Assembly (NCBI GenBank): GCA_013373245.1
Contig: JABXID010000203.1
Coordinates: 1-60,586, forward strand
From: Gammaproteobacteria bacterium
Lineage (GTDB): Bacteria > Pseudomonadota > Gammaproteobacteria > Enterobacterales > Alteromonadaceae
DNA length: 60,586 bases
Reading direction: 5' to 3'
The notes under the pieces: model-generated
What the model saw: the letters and a program-made list of their open reading frames with translations, nothing else
Told to the model about the DNA's origin: nothing
The model's database searches: none
Shown here: piece by piece, positions 60,524-60,586 of the stretch
Layout: each line of letters begins with the position of its first letter
How positions within the stretch are numbered: position 1 is the first letter of the stretch
Made by a program: the position numbers and the translations under genes

Positions 60524-60586
60524 TTAAAGCTCGAAAGCGTCGAACTCGGTAGCATCTACTTCTGAGTCAATTTGGCCAACAAGGTA
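60524..60586 (-). CDS. nrdB: Ribonucleotide reductase class Ia beta subunit, 3' end (partial)
   Basis: The minus strand reads YLVGQIDSEVDATEFDAFEL*, the NrdB C-terminal tail. Confidence 0.92.
   Translation of the reverse strand, partial: YLVGQIDSEVDATEFDAFEL

Noticed and set aside
1-60586. CRISPR arrays, integron cassettes, prophage genes, rRNA or tRNA
   Set aside because: No regularly spaced repeats, attC-like arrays, phage genes or structural RNA genes were seen by eye.

Overview
About 60.6 kb of AT-rich chromosome from a marine gammaproteobacterium (Alteromonadales, Colwelliaceae/Thalassotalea-like; inferred from gene content and synteny). It opens with the right end of an IS3-family element, a PAS protein gene, an SdsR/RyeB-like sRNA on the minus strand, and a 2-methylcitrate operon (GntR regulator-prpB-prpC-acnD-prpF) with three TTGTCGACAA operators. 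Next come a LysR gene with an RND pump, a periplasmic binding protein, a TonB-dependent receptor, TlpA, an M14 peptidase, an Ala/Gly symporter and a zinc-ribbon-yeaC-DUF349 operon. A small c-di-GMP islet (GGDEF + GAF/HD-GYP) flanked by decayed genes follows, then sdaA-nudL-pabB, a class I fumarase, a DMT transporter, a 2OG oxygenase and SIMPL. Further right are a CosR/EctR-like MarR-BCCT / TBDR-TPR-sulfotransferase locus, a frameshifted secreted hydrolase preceded by an unannotated 18-aa sORF, and a dGTPase. A contiguous ten-gene RpoE-ChrR photo-oxidative stress cluster (photolyase plus furan-fatty-acid-type genes) has two matching ECF promoters. The window ends with yfbR-alaA, LRAT-bax-DUF2987, yfcH, yfaE and the 3' end of nrdB. 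The best candidates for undescribed biology are the SdsR-like sRNA, the sORF/frameshifted hydrolase unit, the osmolyte-linked TBDR-sulfotransferase locus and a mini-ORF bridging nrdB and yfaE. All family assignments come from motif recognition by eye; no database search was run.
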